The translations under genes were made by a program, and so were the position numbers. The notes below the pieces were generated by a model. The model saw only the letters and a list, made by a program, of their open reading frames with translations. It was not told where the DNA came from and ran no database searches. DNA of 64,000 nt, taken from the NCBI RefSeq assembly GCF_024502345.1, contig NZ_JALDNN010000001.1, one strand, 5' to 3'. Shown one piece after another: positions 29,389-43,881 of the stretch. The first letter of the stretch is position 1. Every line of letters starts with the position of its first letter. Origin of the DNA: Escherichia coli. GTDB taxonomy: Bacteria; Pseudomonadota; Gammaproteobacteria; Enterobacterales; Enterobacteriaceae.

Positions 29389-31098
29389 ATGTCTGAAGAA
29401 AAATTAGGTCAACATTATCTCGCCGCGCTGAATGAGGCATTTCCGGGCGTCGTGCTGGACCACGCCTGGCAGACCAAAGATCAGCTGACCGTGACCGTGA
29501 AGGTGAACTATCTGCCAGAAGTGGTGGAGTTTCTCTACTACAAACAGGGTGGCTGGCTGTCGGTGCTTTTTGGTAACGACGAACGCAAACTGAATGGTCA
29601 TTACGCCGTTTATTACGTGCTGTCGATGGAGAAGGGGACTAAGTGTTGGGTAACGGTGCGCGTCGAAGTTGACGCCAACAAACCGGAATATCCGTCCGTA
29701 ACGCCGCGCGTTCCGGCGGCGGTGTGGGGCGAGCGCGAAGTGCGCGATATGTACGGATTGATTCCGGTTGGTCTGCCGGATGAACGCCGTCTGGTGCTGC
29801 CGGATGACTGGCCGGATGAACTTTATCCGCTGCGTAAAGACAGCATGGATTATCGTCAGCGTCCGGCACCGACCACCGATGCTGAAACCTACGAGTTCAT
29901 CAACGAACTGGGCGACAAGAAAAACAACGTCGTGCCGATTGGTCCGCTGCACGTCACTTCTGACGAACCGGGCCACTTCCGTCTGTTCGTCGATGGCGAA
30001 AACATTATCGACGCCGACTACCGCCTGTTCTATGTCCATCGCGGCATGGAAAAACTGGCGGAAACCCGCATGGGTTATAACGAAGTGACCTTCCTCTCTG
30101 ACCGTGTGTGCGGGATCTGCGGCTTTGCTCACAGCACCGCCTACACCACGTCGGTGGAAAACGCGATGGGTATTCAGGTGCCAGAACGTGCGCAGATGAT
30201 CCGCGCCATTCTGCTGGAGGTGGAACGCCTGCACTCGCATCTGCTCAACCTCGGCCTCGTCTGCCACTTTACCGGCTTCGACTCCGGCTTTATGCAGTTC
30301 TTCCGCGTGCGTGAAACCTCCATGAAAATGGCAGAGATCCTTACCGGTGCGCGTAAAACCTACGGCCTGAACCTGATCGGCGGGATTCGTCGCGATCTGC
30401 TGAAAGATGACATGATCCAGACCCGCCAGCTGGCGCAACAGATGCGTCGTGAAGTGCAGGAGCTGGTGGATGTGCTGCTGAGCACACCGAACATGGAACA
30501 ACGCACCGTCGGCATTGGTCGTCTGGACCCGGAAATCGCCCGCGATTTCAGTAATGTCGGCCCGATGGTCCGTGCCAGCGGTCACGCCCGTGATACCCGT
30601 GCCGATCACCCGTTTGTCGGCTATGGCCTGCTGCCAATGGAAGTCCACAGCGAGCAGGGGTGCGACGTTATTTCCCGTCTGAAAGTGCGTATCAACGAAG
30701 TCTATACCGCGCTGAACATGATCGACTACGGTCTGGATAACCTGCCGGGTGGCCCACTGATGGTGGAAGGCTTTACCTACATTCCGCACCGCTTTGCGCT
30801 GGGCTTTGCCGAAGCGCCGCGCGGCGATGATATCCACTGGAGCATGACCGGCGACAACCAGAAGCTGTACCGCTGGCGCTGCCGTGCCGCGACCTACGCG
30901 AACTGGCCGACCCTGCGCTACATGCTGCGCGGCAACACCGTTTCCGATGCGCCGCTGATTATCGGTAGCCTGGACCCTTGCTACTCCTGTACCGACCGCA
31001 TGACCGTAGTCGATGTGCGTAAGAAGAAGAGCAAAGTGGTGCCGTACAAAGAACTCGAGCGCTACAGCATTGAGCGTAAAAACTCGCCGCTGAAATAA
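29389..31098 (+). CDS. hycE: hydrogenase 3 large subunit HycE
   Basis: Starts MSEEKLGQHYLAALNEAF...; NiFe-binding Cys motifs; start 7 codons inside the track ORF. Confidence 0.93.
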   Translation: MSEEKLGQHYLAALNEAFPGVVLDHAWQTKDQLTVTVKVNYLPEVVEFLYYKQGGWLSVLFGNDERKLNGHYAVYYVLSMEKGTKCWVTVRVEVDANKPEYPSVTPRVPAAVWGEREVRDMYGLIPVGLPDERRLVLPDDWPDELYPLRKDSMDYRQRPAPTTDAETYEFINELGDKKNNVVPIGPLHVTSDEPGHFRLFVDGENIIDADYRLFYVHRGMEKLAETRMGYNEVTFLSDRVCGICGFAHSTAYTTSVENAMGIQVPERAQMIRAILLEVERLHSHLLNLGLVCHFTGFDSGFMQFFRVRETSMKMAEILTGARKTYGLNLIGGIRRDLLKDDMIQTRQLAQQMRREVQELVDVLLSTPNMEQRTVGIGRLDPEIARDFSNVGPMVRASGHARDTRADHPFVGYGLLPMEVHSEQGCDVISRLKVRINEVYTALNMIDYGLDNLPGGPLMVEGFTYIPHRFALGFAEAPRGDDIHWSMTGDNQKLYRWRCRAATYANWPTLRYMLRGNTVSDAPLIIGSLDPCYSCTDRMTVVDVRKKKSKVVPYKELERYSIERKNSPLK

Positions 31099-31107
31099 GG
31101 AATCGCC

Positions 31108-31650
31108 ATGTTTACCTTTATCAAAAAAGTTATCAAAACCGGCACGGCGACCTCGTCTTATCCGCTGGAGCCGATTGCGGTTGATAAAAACTTCCGTGGT
31201 AAGCCAGAGCAGAACCCGCAGCAGTGCATCGGCTGCGCGGCCTGCGTCAATGCCTGCCCGTCAAACGCCTTAACGGTTGAAACTGACCTCGCCACAGGAG
31301 AGCTTGCGTGGGAGTTTAATCTCGGGCGTTGCATCTTCTGTGGACGCTGCGAAGAAGTTTGCCCGACGGCGGCGATCAAACTGTCGCAAGAGTACGAACT
31401 GGCGGTGTGGAAGAAAGAAGACTTCCTGCAACAGTCCCGCTTCGCGCTGTGCAACTGCCGCGTCTGCAATCGTCCTTTCGCCGTTCAGAAAGAGATCGAC
31501 TACGCCATTGCGCTGCTTAAGCACAACGGCGACAGCCGCGCGGAAAACCACCGCGAAAGCTTTGAGACTTGCCCGGAATGTAAGCGCCAGAAATGCCTGG
31601 TGCCGTCCGACCGTATTGAACTGACTCGCCATATGAAAGAGGCCATCTGA
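31108..31650 (+). CDS. hycF: formate hydrogenlyase iron-sulfur subunit HycF
   Basis: 180 aa with two ferredoxin-type Cys clusters. Confidence 0.95.
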   Translation: MFTFIKKVIKTGTATSSYPLEPIAVDKNFRGKPEQNPQQCIGCAACVNACPSNALTVETDLATGELAWEFNLGRCIFCGRCEEVCPTAAIKLSQEYELAVWKKEDFLQQSRFALCNCRVCNRPFAVQKEIDYAIALLKHNGDSRAENHRESFETCPECKRQKCLVPSDRIELTRHMKEAI

Positions 31651-32417
31651 TGAGCAATTTATTAGGCCCCCGTGACGCCAACGGCATTCCGGTCCCGATG
31701 ACGGTGGATGAATCCATCGCCAGTATGAAGGCGTCGTTACTGAAAAAAATCAAACGCTCTGCCTACGTTTACCGCGTGGACTGCGGCGGCTGCAACGGCT
31801 GCGAAATCGAAATTTTCGCCACGCTTTCGCCGCTGTTTGATGCAGAACGCTTCGGCATTAAAGTCGTTCCTTCACCGCGTCATGCGGATATTTTACTGTT
31901 TACCGGCGCGGTCACCCGTGCAATGCGATCCCCTGCGCTGCGTGCGTGGCAGTCCGCGCCGGACCCGAAAATTTGTATCTCCTACGGTGCCTGCGGTAAC
32001 AGCGGCGGGATCTTCCACGATCTCTACTGCGTGTGGGGCGGTACGGATAAAATCGTCCCGGTGGATGTTTATATCCCTGGCTGCCCGCCAACGCCTGCTG
32101 CCACGCTGTACGGCTTTGCAATGGCGCTCGGCCTGCTGGAGCAAAAAATTCACGCCCGTGGGCCGGGTGAGCAGGATGAACAACCGGCGGAGATCCTGCA
32201 TGGCGATATGGTGCAGCCGCTGCGTGTGAAAGTGGATCGCGAAGCACGTCGACTGGCGGGTTATCGTTACGGTCGTCAGATTGCCGATGATTACCTTACA
32301 CAGTTAGGGCAGGGCGAAGAACAGGTTGCACGCTGGCTGGAAGCGGAAAACGATCCGCGTCTGAACGAGATTGTCAGCCATCTGAATCATGTTGTTGAAG
32401 AGGCGCGTATCCGATGA
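31650..32417 (+). CDS. hycG: hydrogenase 3 small subunit HycG
   Basis: 255 aa; overlaps hycF stop. Confidence 0.95.
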   Translation: MSNLLGPRDANGIPVPMTVDESIASMKASLLKKIKRSAYVYRVDCGGCNGCEIEIFATLSPLFDAERFGIKVVPSPRHADILLFTGAVTRAMRSPALRAWQSAPDPKICISYGACGNSGGIFHDLYCVWGGTDKIVPVDVYIPGCPPTPAATLYGFAMALGLLEQKIHARGPGEQDEQPAEILHGDMVQPLRVKVDREARRLAGYRYGRQIADDYLTQLGQGEEQVARWLEAENDPRLNEIVSHLNHVVEEARIR

Positions 32418-32824
32418 GTGAAAAGGTGGTGTTCAGTCAACTGAGCCGTAAATTTATTGATGAGAACGATGCCACGCCCGCCGAGGCGCAGCAGGTGGTC
32501 TATTACAGCCTGGCGATTGGTCACCACCTTGGGGTTATCGATTGCCTGGAAGCGGCGCTCACCTGCCCGTGGGATGAATATCTGGCATGGATTGCCACTC
32601 TGGAGGCGGGCAGCGAAGCCCGCCGCAAAATGGAAGGTGTGCCGAAATATGGTGAGATCGTCATCGACATTAACCATGTGCCGATGCTGGCCAATGCATT
32701 CGATAAAGCCCGGGCAGCGCAAACTTCGCAGCAGAAGGAATGGAGTACAATGCTGTTAAGTATGCTGCATGATATTCATCAGGAAAACGCCATCTATTTG
32801 ATGGTGAGGAGACTGCGTGACTGA
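32414..32824 (+). CDS. hycH: formate hydrogenlyase maturation protein HycH
   Basis: 136 aa. Confidence 0.95.
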   Translation: MSEKVVFSQLSRKFIDENDATPAEAQQVVYYSLAIGHHLGVIDCLEAALTCPWDEYLAWIATLEAGSEARRKMEGVPKYGEIVIDINHVPMLANAFDKARAAQTSQQKEWSTMLLSMLHDIHQENAIYLMVRRLRD

Positions 32825-33287
32825 CGTTTTACTCTGTGTTGGCAATAGCATGATGGGTGATGATGGCGCAGGCCCGCTGCTGGCGGAAAAGTGCGCCGCC
32901 GCGCCGAAAGGCAACTGGGTGGTGATTGACGGCGGTAGTGCACCGGAAAACGACATCGTCGCCATCCGTGAACTGCGCCCTACGCGGTTACTGATTGTTG
33001 ACGCTACTGATATGGGGCTAAACCCCGGCGAAATCCGCATCATCGACCCGGATGATATCGCCGAGATGTTTATGATGACTACCCATAACATGCCGTTGAA
33101 CTACCTTATCGATCAGTTGAAAGAAGATATTGGCGAAGTGATTTTCCTCGGCATCCAGCCGGATATCGTCGGCTTTTACTACCCGATGACCCAGCCGATT
33201 AAAGATGCGGTTGAAACCGTTTATCAACGTCTGGAAGGCTGGGAAGGGAACGGCGGTTTCGCGCAGTTAGCGGTGGAAGAAGAGTAG
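32817..33287 (+). CDS. hycI: hydrogenase 3 maturation endopeptidase HycI
   Basis: 156 aa. Confidence 0.95.
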   Translation: MTDVLLCVGNSMMGDDGAGPLLAEKCAAAPKGNWVVIDGGSAPENDIVAIRELRPTRLLIVDATDMGLNPGEIRIIDPDDIAEMFMMTTHNMPLNYLIDQLKEDIGEVIFLGIQPDIVGFYYPMTQPIKDAVETVYQRLEGWEGNGGFAQLAVEEE

Positions 33288-33347
33288 TTTTTCAGTAAGG
33301 AATCAGGACAGGGATGTTCTTGATGAGGGAATCAGAACTGATAGCAA

Positions 33348-33550
33348 ACGCCAGATTGCCCGATGCGCTGCGCTTATCGGGCCTACCTGGTTCGTGCGAC
33401 ACTAGGCCCGATAAGGCATTCATCACGCCGCATCCGGCGCGGTTACTAACTGATGCCAAACGCCAAATTGCCCGATACGCTACGCTTATCGGGCCTACCT
33501 GGTTCGTGCGACATGTAGGCCGGATAAGGCGTTCACGCCGCATCCGGCAT
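33348..33550. repeat. REP/BIME-type palindromic repeat array (two tandem ~100-bp units)
   Basis: Two near-identical units each containing GCCGCATCCGGC / CTTATCGGGCCTAC REP-like palindromes between hycI and ascB. Confidence 0.85.
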
Positions 33551-33556
33551 GGTTAC

Positions 33557-36447
<2,891 letters not shown>

Positions 36448-36531
36448 CGGATTTTATCCTGTTATCAGTAGGGTAGATGTAGTTGTTATCAGTCGACGTG
36501 ACGGAAAAATGCCGATGCTGAAACGGAATTA

Positions 36532-36620
36532 AGAAACCGGTTTCACAAAATCATGAATAGTTGTCACCAAATAAGCAAGAGAGTTAATTGTTCATTTTTT
36601 ATATTTGTGAAACCGGTCAC
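36532..36620. promoter_or_regulatory. two LacI-type operator palindromes (candidate AscG sites) in the ascF-ascG divergent promoter region
   Basis: aGAAACCGGTTTCAc (36532-36546) and GTGAAACCGGTCAC (36607-36620). Confidence 0.65.
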
Positions 36621-36703
36621 CTGAATATTTTTCCCGCCAATTGCGCAAGGACAATCGGTAAACGGTGCAGTACACTGCGTTGATTGCGTGTAAAGGGATG
36701 AAA

Positions 36704-37717
36704 ATGATGACGACGATGCTGGAAGTGGCGAAGCGCGCCGGGGTTTCAAAAGCGACCGTTTCCCGCGTGCTTTCAGGTAATGGCTACGTCAGCCAGGAGA
36801 CTAAAGATCGCGTGTTTCAGGCGGTAGAAGAGAGCGGTTACCGTCCAAACTTGCTGGCGCGCAATCTGTCGGCGAAGAGTACTCAGACGCTGGGGCTGGT
36901 AGTGACCAACACGCTTTACCACGGCATTTATTTTAGTGAATTACTCTTTCATGCCGCGCGAATGGCGGAAGAGAAAGGGCGGCAGTTGCTATTGGCAGAT
37001 GGTAAACACAGCGCCGAAGAAGAGCGCCAGGCGATTCAGTATCTGCTGGATTTGCGCTGCGACGCCATTATGATTTACCCGCGTTTTTTAAGCGTGGATG
37101 AGATCGATGACATTATTGACGCGCACAGTCAGCCGATAATGGTGCTTAATCGCCGCCTGCGCAAAAATAGCAGCCATAGCGTCTGGTGCGATCATAAACA
37201 GACCAGCTTTAATGCCGTGGCAGAGTTGATAAACGCCGGGCATCAGGAGATTGCTTTCCTTACCGGCTCGATGGATTCCCCCACCAGCATTGAACGTCTT
37301 GCCGGGTATAAAGACGCGCTGGCGCAGCATGGTATTGCGCTCAATGAAAAACTTATCGCTAACGGTAAATGGACGCCTGCCAGCGGGGCCGAAGGGGTAG
37401 AAATGTTGCTCGAACGTGGGGCTAAATTTAGCGCGTTAGTTGCCAGTAACGACGATATGGCGATAGGTGCGATGAAAGCGTTACACGAGCGCGGCGTAGC
37501 GGTGCCAGAGCAGGTGTCAGTTATCGGATTCGATGATATCGCAATTGCCCCCTATATCGTTCCGGCGCTCTCCAGCGTAAAAATTCCGGTGACTGAGATG
37601 ATTCAGGAAATTATTGGACGGCTGATTTTTATGCTCGATGGCGGGGATTTCTCACCGCCGAAAACCTTCAGCGGAAAACTGATCTGCCGCGACTCACTCA
37701 TTGCTCTTTCGCGATAA
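36704..37717 (+). CDS. ascG: LacI-family repressor AscG
   Basis: MTTMLEVAKRAGVSKATVSRVLSG... HTH; start taken at the tandem ATG at 36704/36707. Confidence 0.92.
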   Translation: MMTTMLEVAKRAGVSKATVSRVLSGNGYVSQETKDRVFQAVEESGYRPNLLARNLSAKSTQTLGLVVTNTLYHGIYFSELLFHAARMAEEKGRQLLLADGKHSAEEERQAIQYLLDLRCDAIMIYPRFLSVDEIDDIIDAHSQPIMVLNRRLRKNSSHSVWCDHKQTSFNAVAELINAGHQEIAFLTGSMDSPTSIERLAGYKDALAQHGIALNEKLIANGKWTPASGAEGVEMLLERGAKFSALVASNDDMAIGAMKALHERGVAVPEQVSVIGFDDIAIAPYIVPALSSVKIPVTEMIQEIIGRLIFMLDGGDFSPPKTFSGKLICRDSLIALSR

Positions 37718-37865
37718 ACATTGTCATCACATGTCATCGTCACTAGTGTCGATGACATCTTTTTTCCTGCATTACAGAAATTAATTTCCTTAAATAACAG
37801 CAAATTAAAAACTGGCATGATTTGTGAATGTATCGGCGCATTAACTGTCATTGCTGGAGAATTTG

Positions 37866-38393
37866 ATGAACCGTTTCATCATTGCTGACGCGAGTAAATG
37901 TATTGGTTGCCGTACCTGTGAAGTGGCGTGCGTGGTTTCTCATCAGGAAAATCAGGACTGTGCATCGCTGACCCCGGAAACATTTTTACCGCGTATCCAT
38001 GTCATTAAAGGTGTGAACATTTCCACGGCGACAGTTTGCCGTCAGTGTGAAGATGCACCGTGCGCTAACGTCTGCCCGAATGGTGCTATCAGCCGTGATA
38101 AAGGGTTTGTTCATGTGATGCAGGAACGTTGCATTGGTTGCAAAACCTGCGTTGTGGCTTGCCCGTATGGCGCGATGGAAGTGGTGGTACGTCCGGTGAT
38201 TCGCAACAGCGGCGCGGGGCTGAATGTACGGGCTGACAAAGCCGAAGCCAATAAATGCGACCTGTGCAACCATCGTGAAGACGGCCCGGCGTGTATGGCG
38301 GCTTGCCCGACCCATGCGCTAATTTGTGTCGATCGCAATAAACTTGAACAACTGAGCGCAGAAAAACGCCGCCGTACGGCGCTGATGTTCTAA
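37866..38393 (+). CDS. hydN: electron-transport ferredoxin-like protein HydN
   Basis: [22 protein letters not shown]...; four Cys clusters. Confidence 0.93.
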   Translation: MNRFIIADASKCIGCRTCEVACVVSHQENQDCASLTPETFLPRIHVIKGVNISTATVCRQCEDAPCANVCPNGAISRDKGFVHVMQERCIGCKTCVVACPYGAMEVVVRPVIRNSGAGLNVRADKAEANKCDLCNHREDGPACMAACPTHALICVDRNKLEQLSAEKRRRTALMF

Positions 38394-38545
38394 AAATCTT
38401 ACAGAACTGTTCTGGCATCAAAGGAATTCCCGGAAATATTCGTAGAATACGGAGCGGGCGGTATCGCCGACCTGTGACTGCCGGATGCGACGCTGTCGTG
38501 TCCGGCTGGACGGGTTACGCAATTCATGATGGCGGGAATAACTCA

Positions 38546-40798
38546 ATGGCAAAAAACACATCTTGCGGTGTCCAACTGCGTATTCGTGGCAAAGTGCAGG
38601 GCGTCGGTTTTCGTCCGTTTGTCTGGCAGCTGGCACAGCAATTAAATCTTCACGGCGATGTCTGTAATGACGGCGATGGCGTAGAAGTCCGGCTGCGGGA
38701 AGACCCGGAAACGTTTCTTGTTCAATTGCATCAGCACTGCCCGCCGCTGGCGCGTATTGATAGCGTCGAGCGTGAGCCGTACATCTGGTCACAACTGCCC
38801 ACTGAGTTCACCATCCGCCAGAGCGCGGGAGGTGCCATGAATACGCAAATTGTTCCCGATGCCGCTACTTGCCCTGCTTGCCTTGCCGAAATGAATACCC
38901 CAGGCGAGCGGCGTTATCGTTATCCGTTTATCAACTGTACCCACTGCGGCCCGCGTTTCACCATTATTCGCGCCATGCCTTACGACCGCCCGTTTACCGT
39001 AATGGCGGCGTTTCCGCTGTGTCCAGCCTGTGATAAAGAGTACCGCGACCCGCTCGATCGTCGCTTCCACGCCCAGCCGGTGGCCTGCCCGGAGTGTGGC
39101 CCACATCTTGAATGGGTAAGTCATGGTGAACATGCGGAACAAGAGGCGGCATTACAGGCGGCTATCGCACAGTTAAAAATGGGCAACATTGTCGCCATCA
39201 AAGGGATTGGCGGATTTCATCTTGCCTGCGATGCACGTAACAGTAACGCGGTGGCGACACTTCGGGCGCGCAAACATCGCCCGGCGAAACCGCTGGCGGT
39301 CATGTTGCCAGTGGCTGACGGTTTACCAGACGCTGCGCGCCAGTTGCTTACCACGCCCGCTGCGCCGATTGTGCTGGTGGATAAAAAATACGTACCTGAG
39401 CTTTGTGATGATATCGCCCCTGGCCTTAACGAAGTCGGAGTGATGTTGCCTGCGAACCCGCTCCAGCATTTGCTGTTACAGGAACTGCAATGCCCTCTGG
39501 TGATGACCTCCGGCAACCTGAGCGGTAAACCACCGGCTATCAGCAACGAACAGGCGCTGGCGGATTTGCAGGGCATTGCCGACGGATTCTTGATACATAA
39601 CCGCGACATCGTGCAGCGGATGGATGATTCGGTGGTGCGCGAAAGCGGCGAAATGCTGCGCCGTTCGCGGGGGTATGTGCCGGATGCGCTGGCTTTGCCT
39701 CCGGGCTTTAAAAATGTTCCGCCTGTGCTGTGTCTCGGCGCGGATCTGAAAAATACCTTCTGCCTGGTGCGCGGTGAACAAGCGGTGTTGAGCCAGCATC
39801 TGGGCGATTTAAGTGACGATGGCATCCAGATGCAGTGGCGCGAAGCGTTACGCCTGATGCAAAACATCTACGATTTCACCCCGCAATACGTTGTGCATGA
39901 CGCGCATCCGGGCTATGTCTCCAGCCAGTGGGCGCGCGAAATGAATCTGCCGACACAAACGGTGCTTCATCATCATGCTCATGCGGCGGCGTGTCTGGCA
40001 GAGCATCAGTGGCCGCTGGATGGCGGTGATGTCATTGCGTTGACGCTCGACGGTATCGGTATGGGGGAGAACGGCGCTTTGTGGGGCGGCGAGTGCCTGC
40101 GGGTGAACTATCGCGAATGCCAGCACCTGGGCGGCTTGCCTGCAGTGGCGCTTCCGGGTGGCGATTTGGCGGCGAAGCAGCCGTGGCGAAACCTGCTGGC
40201 GCAGTGCCTGCGCTTTGTGCCGGAGTGGCAGAATTACTCTGAAACGGCAAGTGTGCAACAGCAAAACTGGAGCGTGCTGGCGCGGGCTATTGAGCGTGGA
40301 ATTAACGCGCCGCTGGCGTCATCGTGTGGGCGTTTGTTCGATGCTGTGGCGGCGGGACTGGGCTGTGCGCCAGCCACGTTAAGTTATGAAGGTGAAGCGG
40401 CTTGTGCTCTGGAGGCGCTCGCAGCCTCATGTGACGGAGTGACGCATCCGGTGACGATACCGCTGGTGGACAATCAACTGGATCTCGCCACTTTCTGGCA
40501 GCAGTGGCTGAACTGGCAGGCTTCGGTTAATCAACGCGCGTGGGCGTTTCATGATGCGCTGGCGCAGGGTTTTGCCGCGTTGATGCGTGAGCAGGCCACG
40601 ATGCGTGGTATCACTACGCTGGTATTTAGCGGCGGGGTTATTCATAACCGTTTGCTGCGTGCACGTCTGGCGCATTATCTCGCTGATTTCACATTGCTCT
40701 TTCCACAGAGTTTACCGGCGGGTGATGGCGGTTTGTCTTTGGGGCAGGGGGTTATTGCTGCGGCGCGTTGGTTAGCGGGTGAAGTCCAGAACGGATAA
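38546..40798 (+). CDS. hypF: carbamoyltransferase HypF (hydrogenase maturation)
   Basis: Starts [27 protein letters not shown] (acylphosphatase domain), two zinc-finger CxxC pairs, YrdC and Kae1-like domains. Confidence 0.93.
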   Translation: MAKNTSCGVQLRIRGKVQGVGFRPFVWQLAQQLNLHGDVCNDGDGVEVRLREDPETFLVQLHQHCPPLARIDSVEREPYIWSQLPTEFTIRQSAGGAMNTQIVPDAATCPACLAEMNTPGERRYRYPFINCTHCGPRFTIIRAMPYDRPFTVMAAFPLCPACDKEYRDPLDRRFHAQPVACPECGPHLEWVSHGEHAEQEAALQAAIAQLKMGNIVAIKGIGGFHLACDARNSNAVATLRARKHRPAKPLAVMLPVADGLPDAARQLLTTPAAPIVLVDKKYVPELCDDIAPGLNEVGVMLPANPLQHLLLQELQCPLVMTSGNLSGKPPAISNEQALADLQGIADGFLIHNRDIVQRMDDSVVRESGEMLRRSRGYVPDALALPPGFKNVPPVLCLGADLKNTFCLVRGEQAVLSQHLGDLSDDGIQMQWREALRLMQNIYDFTPQYVVHDAHPGYVSSQWAREMNLPTQTVLHHHAHAAACLAEHQWPLDGGDVIALTLDGIGMGENGALWGGECLRVNYRECQHLGGLPAVALPGGDLAAKQPWRNLLAQCLRFVPEWQNYSETASVQQQNWSVLARAIERGINAPLASSCGRLFDAVAAGLGCAPATLSYEGEAACALEALAASCDGVTHPVTIPLVDNQLDLATFWQQWLNWQASVNQRAWAFHDALAQGFAALMREQATMRGITTLVFSGGVIHNRLLRARLAHYLADFTLLFPQSLPAGDGGLSLGQGVIAAARWLAGEVQNG

Positions 40799-40814
40799 AA
40801 CGTGTTGCATCTGA

Positions 40815-41120
40815 ACACCATTATTGCCGGATGCGGCATAAACGCCTTATCCGGCCTACACATGCGTCCCCGTAGGTCGGATAAGACGCGCCAGCGTCGC
40901 ATCCGACATTTTGGGCACAGTAGCTGTATGTGACATGAACGCATTATGTGACCAACACATGCGCTCCCCGTAGGTCGGATAAGACGCGTCAGCGTCGCAT
41001 CCGACATTTTGGGCACAGTAGCTGTATGTGACATGAACGCATTATGTGACCAACACATGCGCTCCCCCGTAGGTCGGATAAGACGCGCCAGCGTCGCATC
41101 CGACATTTTAGGCACAGTAG
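40815..41120. repeat. REP/BIME array: one REP followed by ~2.6 tandem copies of a ~98-bp unit
   Basis: Repeated CCCCGTAGGTCGGATAAGACGCGCCAGCGTCGCATCCGACATTTTGGGCACAGTAGCTGTATGTGACATGAACGCATTATGTGACCAACACATGCG units starting near 40861, 40958 and 41056. Confidence 0.85.
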
Positions 41121-41125
41121 CCCAC

Positions 41126-42259
41126 CTACACCGTCAACATTTTCAACAATCCAAATGCCTCTTTCATCCGATCCTCACTGACCACAAAGGCGCGAAGCTG
41201 GTCAGCATCGTCAACGCCGCGCGCCACCATTCCCTGGCGTTCGGTATTAATTTGCCAGCGTAAATCCTGACGCTGGGTTTCGCCTGCCAGATGCAGCGGT
41301 AATTCCGGCGTTTTGATTTTCACCAGCATCGCCGGGAGTTTCAGTGGCGTGTTATTGCCGAGAAGATTTTTTGCCAGCACCATCGCGCTAAGTTGAATCG
41401 GCTGGAGGAACGGCAATACCTGACCGTTAATTTCCGCGCAATCGCCCAGCGCGTAAATATCGGTATTACTGGTTTGCAGATAACTATCGACGCAAACGCT
41501 GCGATTAATCGTCAGCCCGGCGCGTCGTGCCAGGGCGGTTTCCGGGCGCAGTCCGGTGGCGGCAATTACCGCATCCACTTCGATGCTACGCTGGCGGTCC
41601 AGCGTTGCCAGAATGCCAGAATCCGTTTTTTCCAGCCCCTGTAACTGAGATTTCAACAGCAGATGAACGCCCATCTCCGTCAACCGATGCTGCAAGCGGC
41701 TGCTTACTTCCGGTGGCATTAACGACGCCAGAATACTGGCAGCGTTGTCGATTAGCGTGACCGCTTTGCCTGCACGACAAAAATCCATCGCCAGTTCGCT
41801 ACCAATCAAACCACCGCCAACAATCAACACGCGTCGGGCATCCCGCAGTTGCGTTTCACAGGCGCGATACTCTTGCTGACTATTTAACGTCAGCATTAAC
41901 TCACGCCCAGGCACAGGCGGGACAAAGGCACTGGCACCGGTTGCCAGTACTAGCTTGTCGTATTGCCACTGATTATTCTGGCTTTTCACCACACGGGCTT
42001 CGGCATCGATATCCGTCACCCAGGTTTGTGGAAACAGGTGCAGATTAAACTGCTCGGCAAATTCACCCGCCGTCTGGCGGGTAAGGTCATCGGCACGTTG
42101 CCCCTGACTGATAACATGGCTGAGGTCAGGTTTGTTGTACTCATCCATGCTGTCGGCGGCAATCAGGGTTAATGGAATAGTGGCGTCCTGTTTGCGAATA
42201 TTTTTCACCAGTTGGCGGGCGGCGAAGCCCGAACCGATGATCACAATGCCGTTACTCAT
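41126..42259 (-). CDS. norW: NADH:flavorubredoxin reductase NorW
   Basis: 377 aa with FAD/NAD GxGxxG motifs. Confidence 0.95.
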   Translation of the reverse strand: MSNGIVIIGSGFAARQLVKNIRKQDATIPLTLIAADSMDEYNKPDLSHVISQGQRADDLTRQTAGEFAEQFNLHLFPQTWVTDIDAEARVVKSQNNQWQYDKLVLATGASAFVPPVPGRELMLTLNSQQEYRACETQLRDARRVLIVGGGLIGSELAMDFCRAGKAVTLIDNAASILASLMPPEVSSRLQHRLTEMGVHLLLKSQLQGLEKTDSGILATLDRQRSIEVDAVIAATGLRPETALARRAGLTINRSVCVDSYLQTSNTDIYALGDCAEINGQVLPFLQPIQLSAMVLAKNLLGNNTPLKLPAMLVKIKTPELPLHLAGETQRQDLRWQINTERQGMVARGVDDADQLRAFVVSEDRMKEAFGLLKMLTV

Positions 42260-43695
42260 TTTGCCTCCGATGCCAGTTCGTCAAAGACGTCTTTGCCGAG
42301 GGAGCATTCCGGGCAGAGGAAGTTATCCGGGACTTCACTCCACGGCGTTCCTGGCGCAACGTCCTGCATTGGCTCGCCTTTTGCCGGATCGTAAATCCAC
42401 TGGCAGACGCTGCACTGCATTCGTGGGCCGAGGTCAGCCGTCGTCGTGGCAGAGGTTTCTTCTTTAACTACCGTATTCACCGTGCTCTGCGGCAGCGGCG
42501 CGAGCGCCCACTGACGGGCGATTTCGCGACCGTGTTCACGGCATAACTCCAGAGCGTCCTGGTCTGGTCGCCATTTGGCTTTCAGGCTGAGCGACATTTC
42601 GAAACCCGCATCCTGCAGGCGCGTGGAAAGGCGATCCACCGCACCGCCGCTCCAGCCGTGAGAGCCGAAAGCACTGGCGCGTTTGTTACGGAAGCGTAAT
42701 CCGGTCATCTCCTCCACCAGCCCGGCGATTTTCGGCATCATCACGTTATTCATCGTCGAAGTGCCGACCAGCACGCCTTTTGAGCGGAAGACATTGGTCA
42801 GGATTTCGTTTTTATCGCTTCGGGCGACGTTGAAAATTTTCACCGCCACGCGTGGGTCGGTTTCCGCAATCCCCTGGGCGATAGCGTCAGCCATCATGCG
42901 GGTGTTATTCGACATGGTGTCGTAGAAAATGGTGATTCTGTCTTCCTGATAATCAGCGGCCCACTTCAGGTACAGCTCGACAATTTGCGTCGGGTTATCG
43001 CGCCAGACCACGCCGTGGGAGGTCGCTATCATATCGACTGGTAAGTTAAAGCCCAGGATCTCGGTAATTTTCGGCGTTACCAGGCGGCTGAACGGCGTCA
43101 GGATATTGGCGTAGTAACGCTGGCACTGCTCGAAAAGCTCCGTCTGATCCACTTCATCGTTGAACAGATGCTCGTCGCAGTAGTGCTGACCGAAAGCATC
43201 GTTACTGAACAGCACCGCGTCGCCTGTCAGGTAAGTCATCATGCTGTCCGGCCAGTGCAGCATTGGCGTTTCGACAAAAATGAGCTGTTTGCCGTTGCCG
43301 ATATCCAGCGTGTCACCAGTTTTCACCACATTAAAATTCCACTCCGGATGATGGTGATGACCATTTATCGAGTCGATAGCGTTGGCAGTACAGTAAATCG
43401 GCGTATCGGGAATTTGCGCCATCAGTTCGGTCAGCGCCCCAGCGTGGTCCTCTTCTGCATGGTTAATCACGATGTAATCGATATCCGCCAGATCGATTTC
43501 ATTACGCAGGTTCTGCACAAATTCGCGGCTGAATTTATGGTCGACGGTGTCGATCAGCACGTTTTTTTCTTCGCGGATGAGGTAGCTGTTGTAACTGCTG
43601 CCGCGCAGCGTTTTATATTCCGTACCGTGAAAATCACGCACTTCCCAGTCACGTTGACCAACCCAATGAATGTTATTTTTCACCACAATAGACAT
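42256..43695 (-). CDS. norV: anaerobic nitric oxide reductase flavorubredoxin NorV
   Basis: 479 aa; metallo-beta-lactamase-like, flavodoxin and C-terminal rubredoxin (CxxC...CxxC). Confidence 0.95.
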   Translation of the reverse strand: MSIVVKNNIHWVGQRDWEVRDFHGTEYKTLRGSSYNSYLIREEKNVLIDTVDHKFSREFVQNLRNEIDLADIDYIVINHAEEDHAGALTELMAQIPDTPIYCTANAIDSINGHHHHPEWNFNVVKTGDTLDIGNGKQLIFVETPMLHWPDSMMTYLTGDAVLFSNDAFGQHYCDEHLFNDEVDQTELFEQCQRYYANILTPFSRLVTPKITEILGFNLPVDMIATSHGVVWRDNPTQIVELYLKWAADYQEDRITIFYDTMSNNTRMMADAIAQGIAETDPRVAVKIFNVARSDKNEILTNVFRSKGVLVGTSTMNNVMMPKIAGLVEEMTGLRFRNKRASAFGSHGWSGGAVDRLSTRLQDAGFEMSLSLKAKWRPDQDALELCREHGREIARQWALAPLPQSTVNTVVKEETSATTTADLGPRMQCSVCQWIYDPAKGEPMQDVAPGTPWSEVPDNFLCPECSLGKDVFDELASEAK

Positions 43696-43741
43696 AGCAA
43701 CCTCAATTTATTCAGCGTGTTCTAAAAAGATGTCTTGCTAA

Positions 43742-43758
43742 TTGCAGATTACGTGCCA
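43742..43758 (-). promoter_or_regulatory. sigma54 promoter of norVW
   Basis: Minus strand reads TGGCAC-gtaat-cTGCA with correct -24/-12 spacing. Confidence 0.75.
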
Positions 43759-43813
43759 GTTTTTTATCTGATTGTTTTTACTCTATAAATAAAATTATGC
43801 TCATTAATGAGTA

Positions 43814-43869
43814 GTCAAAATGACTATCAATCAAATGGTCGATATGACAATATCTATAGTCAAATTGAC
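43814..43869. promoter_or_regulatory. three NorR enhancer-binding sites (GT-N7-AC type)
   Basis: GTCAaaaTGAC (43814-43824), GTCgataTGAC (43838-43848), GTCAaatTGAC (43859-43869). Confidence 0.8.
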
Positions 43870-43881
43870 AGTGAGGCAAAG

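Noticed and set aside
29404-30837. 477-aa ORF on the minus strand
   Set aside because: Lies entirely antisense within hycE, a well-supported gene; typical shadow ORF in GC-rich coding sequence.
37718-37865. sigma54 promoter upstream of hydN (TGGCATgatttgTG)
   Set aside because: The -24 GG is present but the -12 GC element is not at the correct spacing; cannot be supported from sequence alone.
40815-41120. Possible CRISPR-like or mobile element tandem repeat
   Set aside because: Units are REP/BIME palindromes characteristic of enterobacterial intergenic regions.
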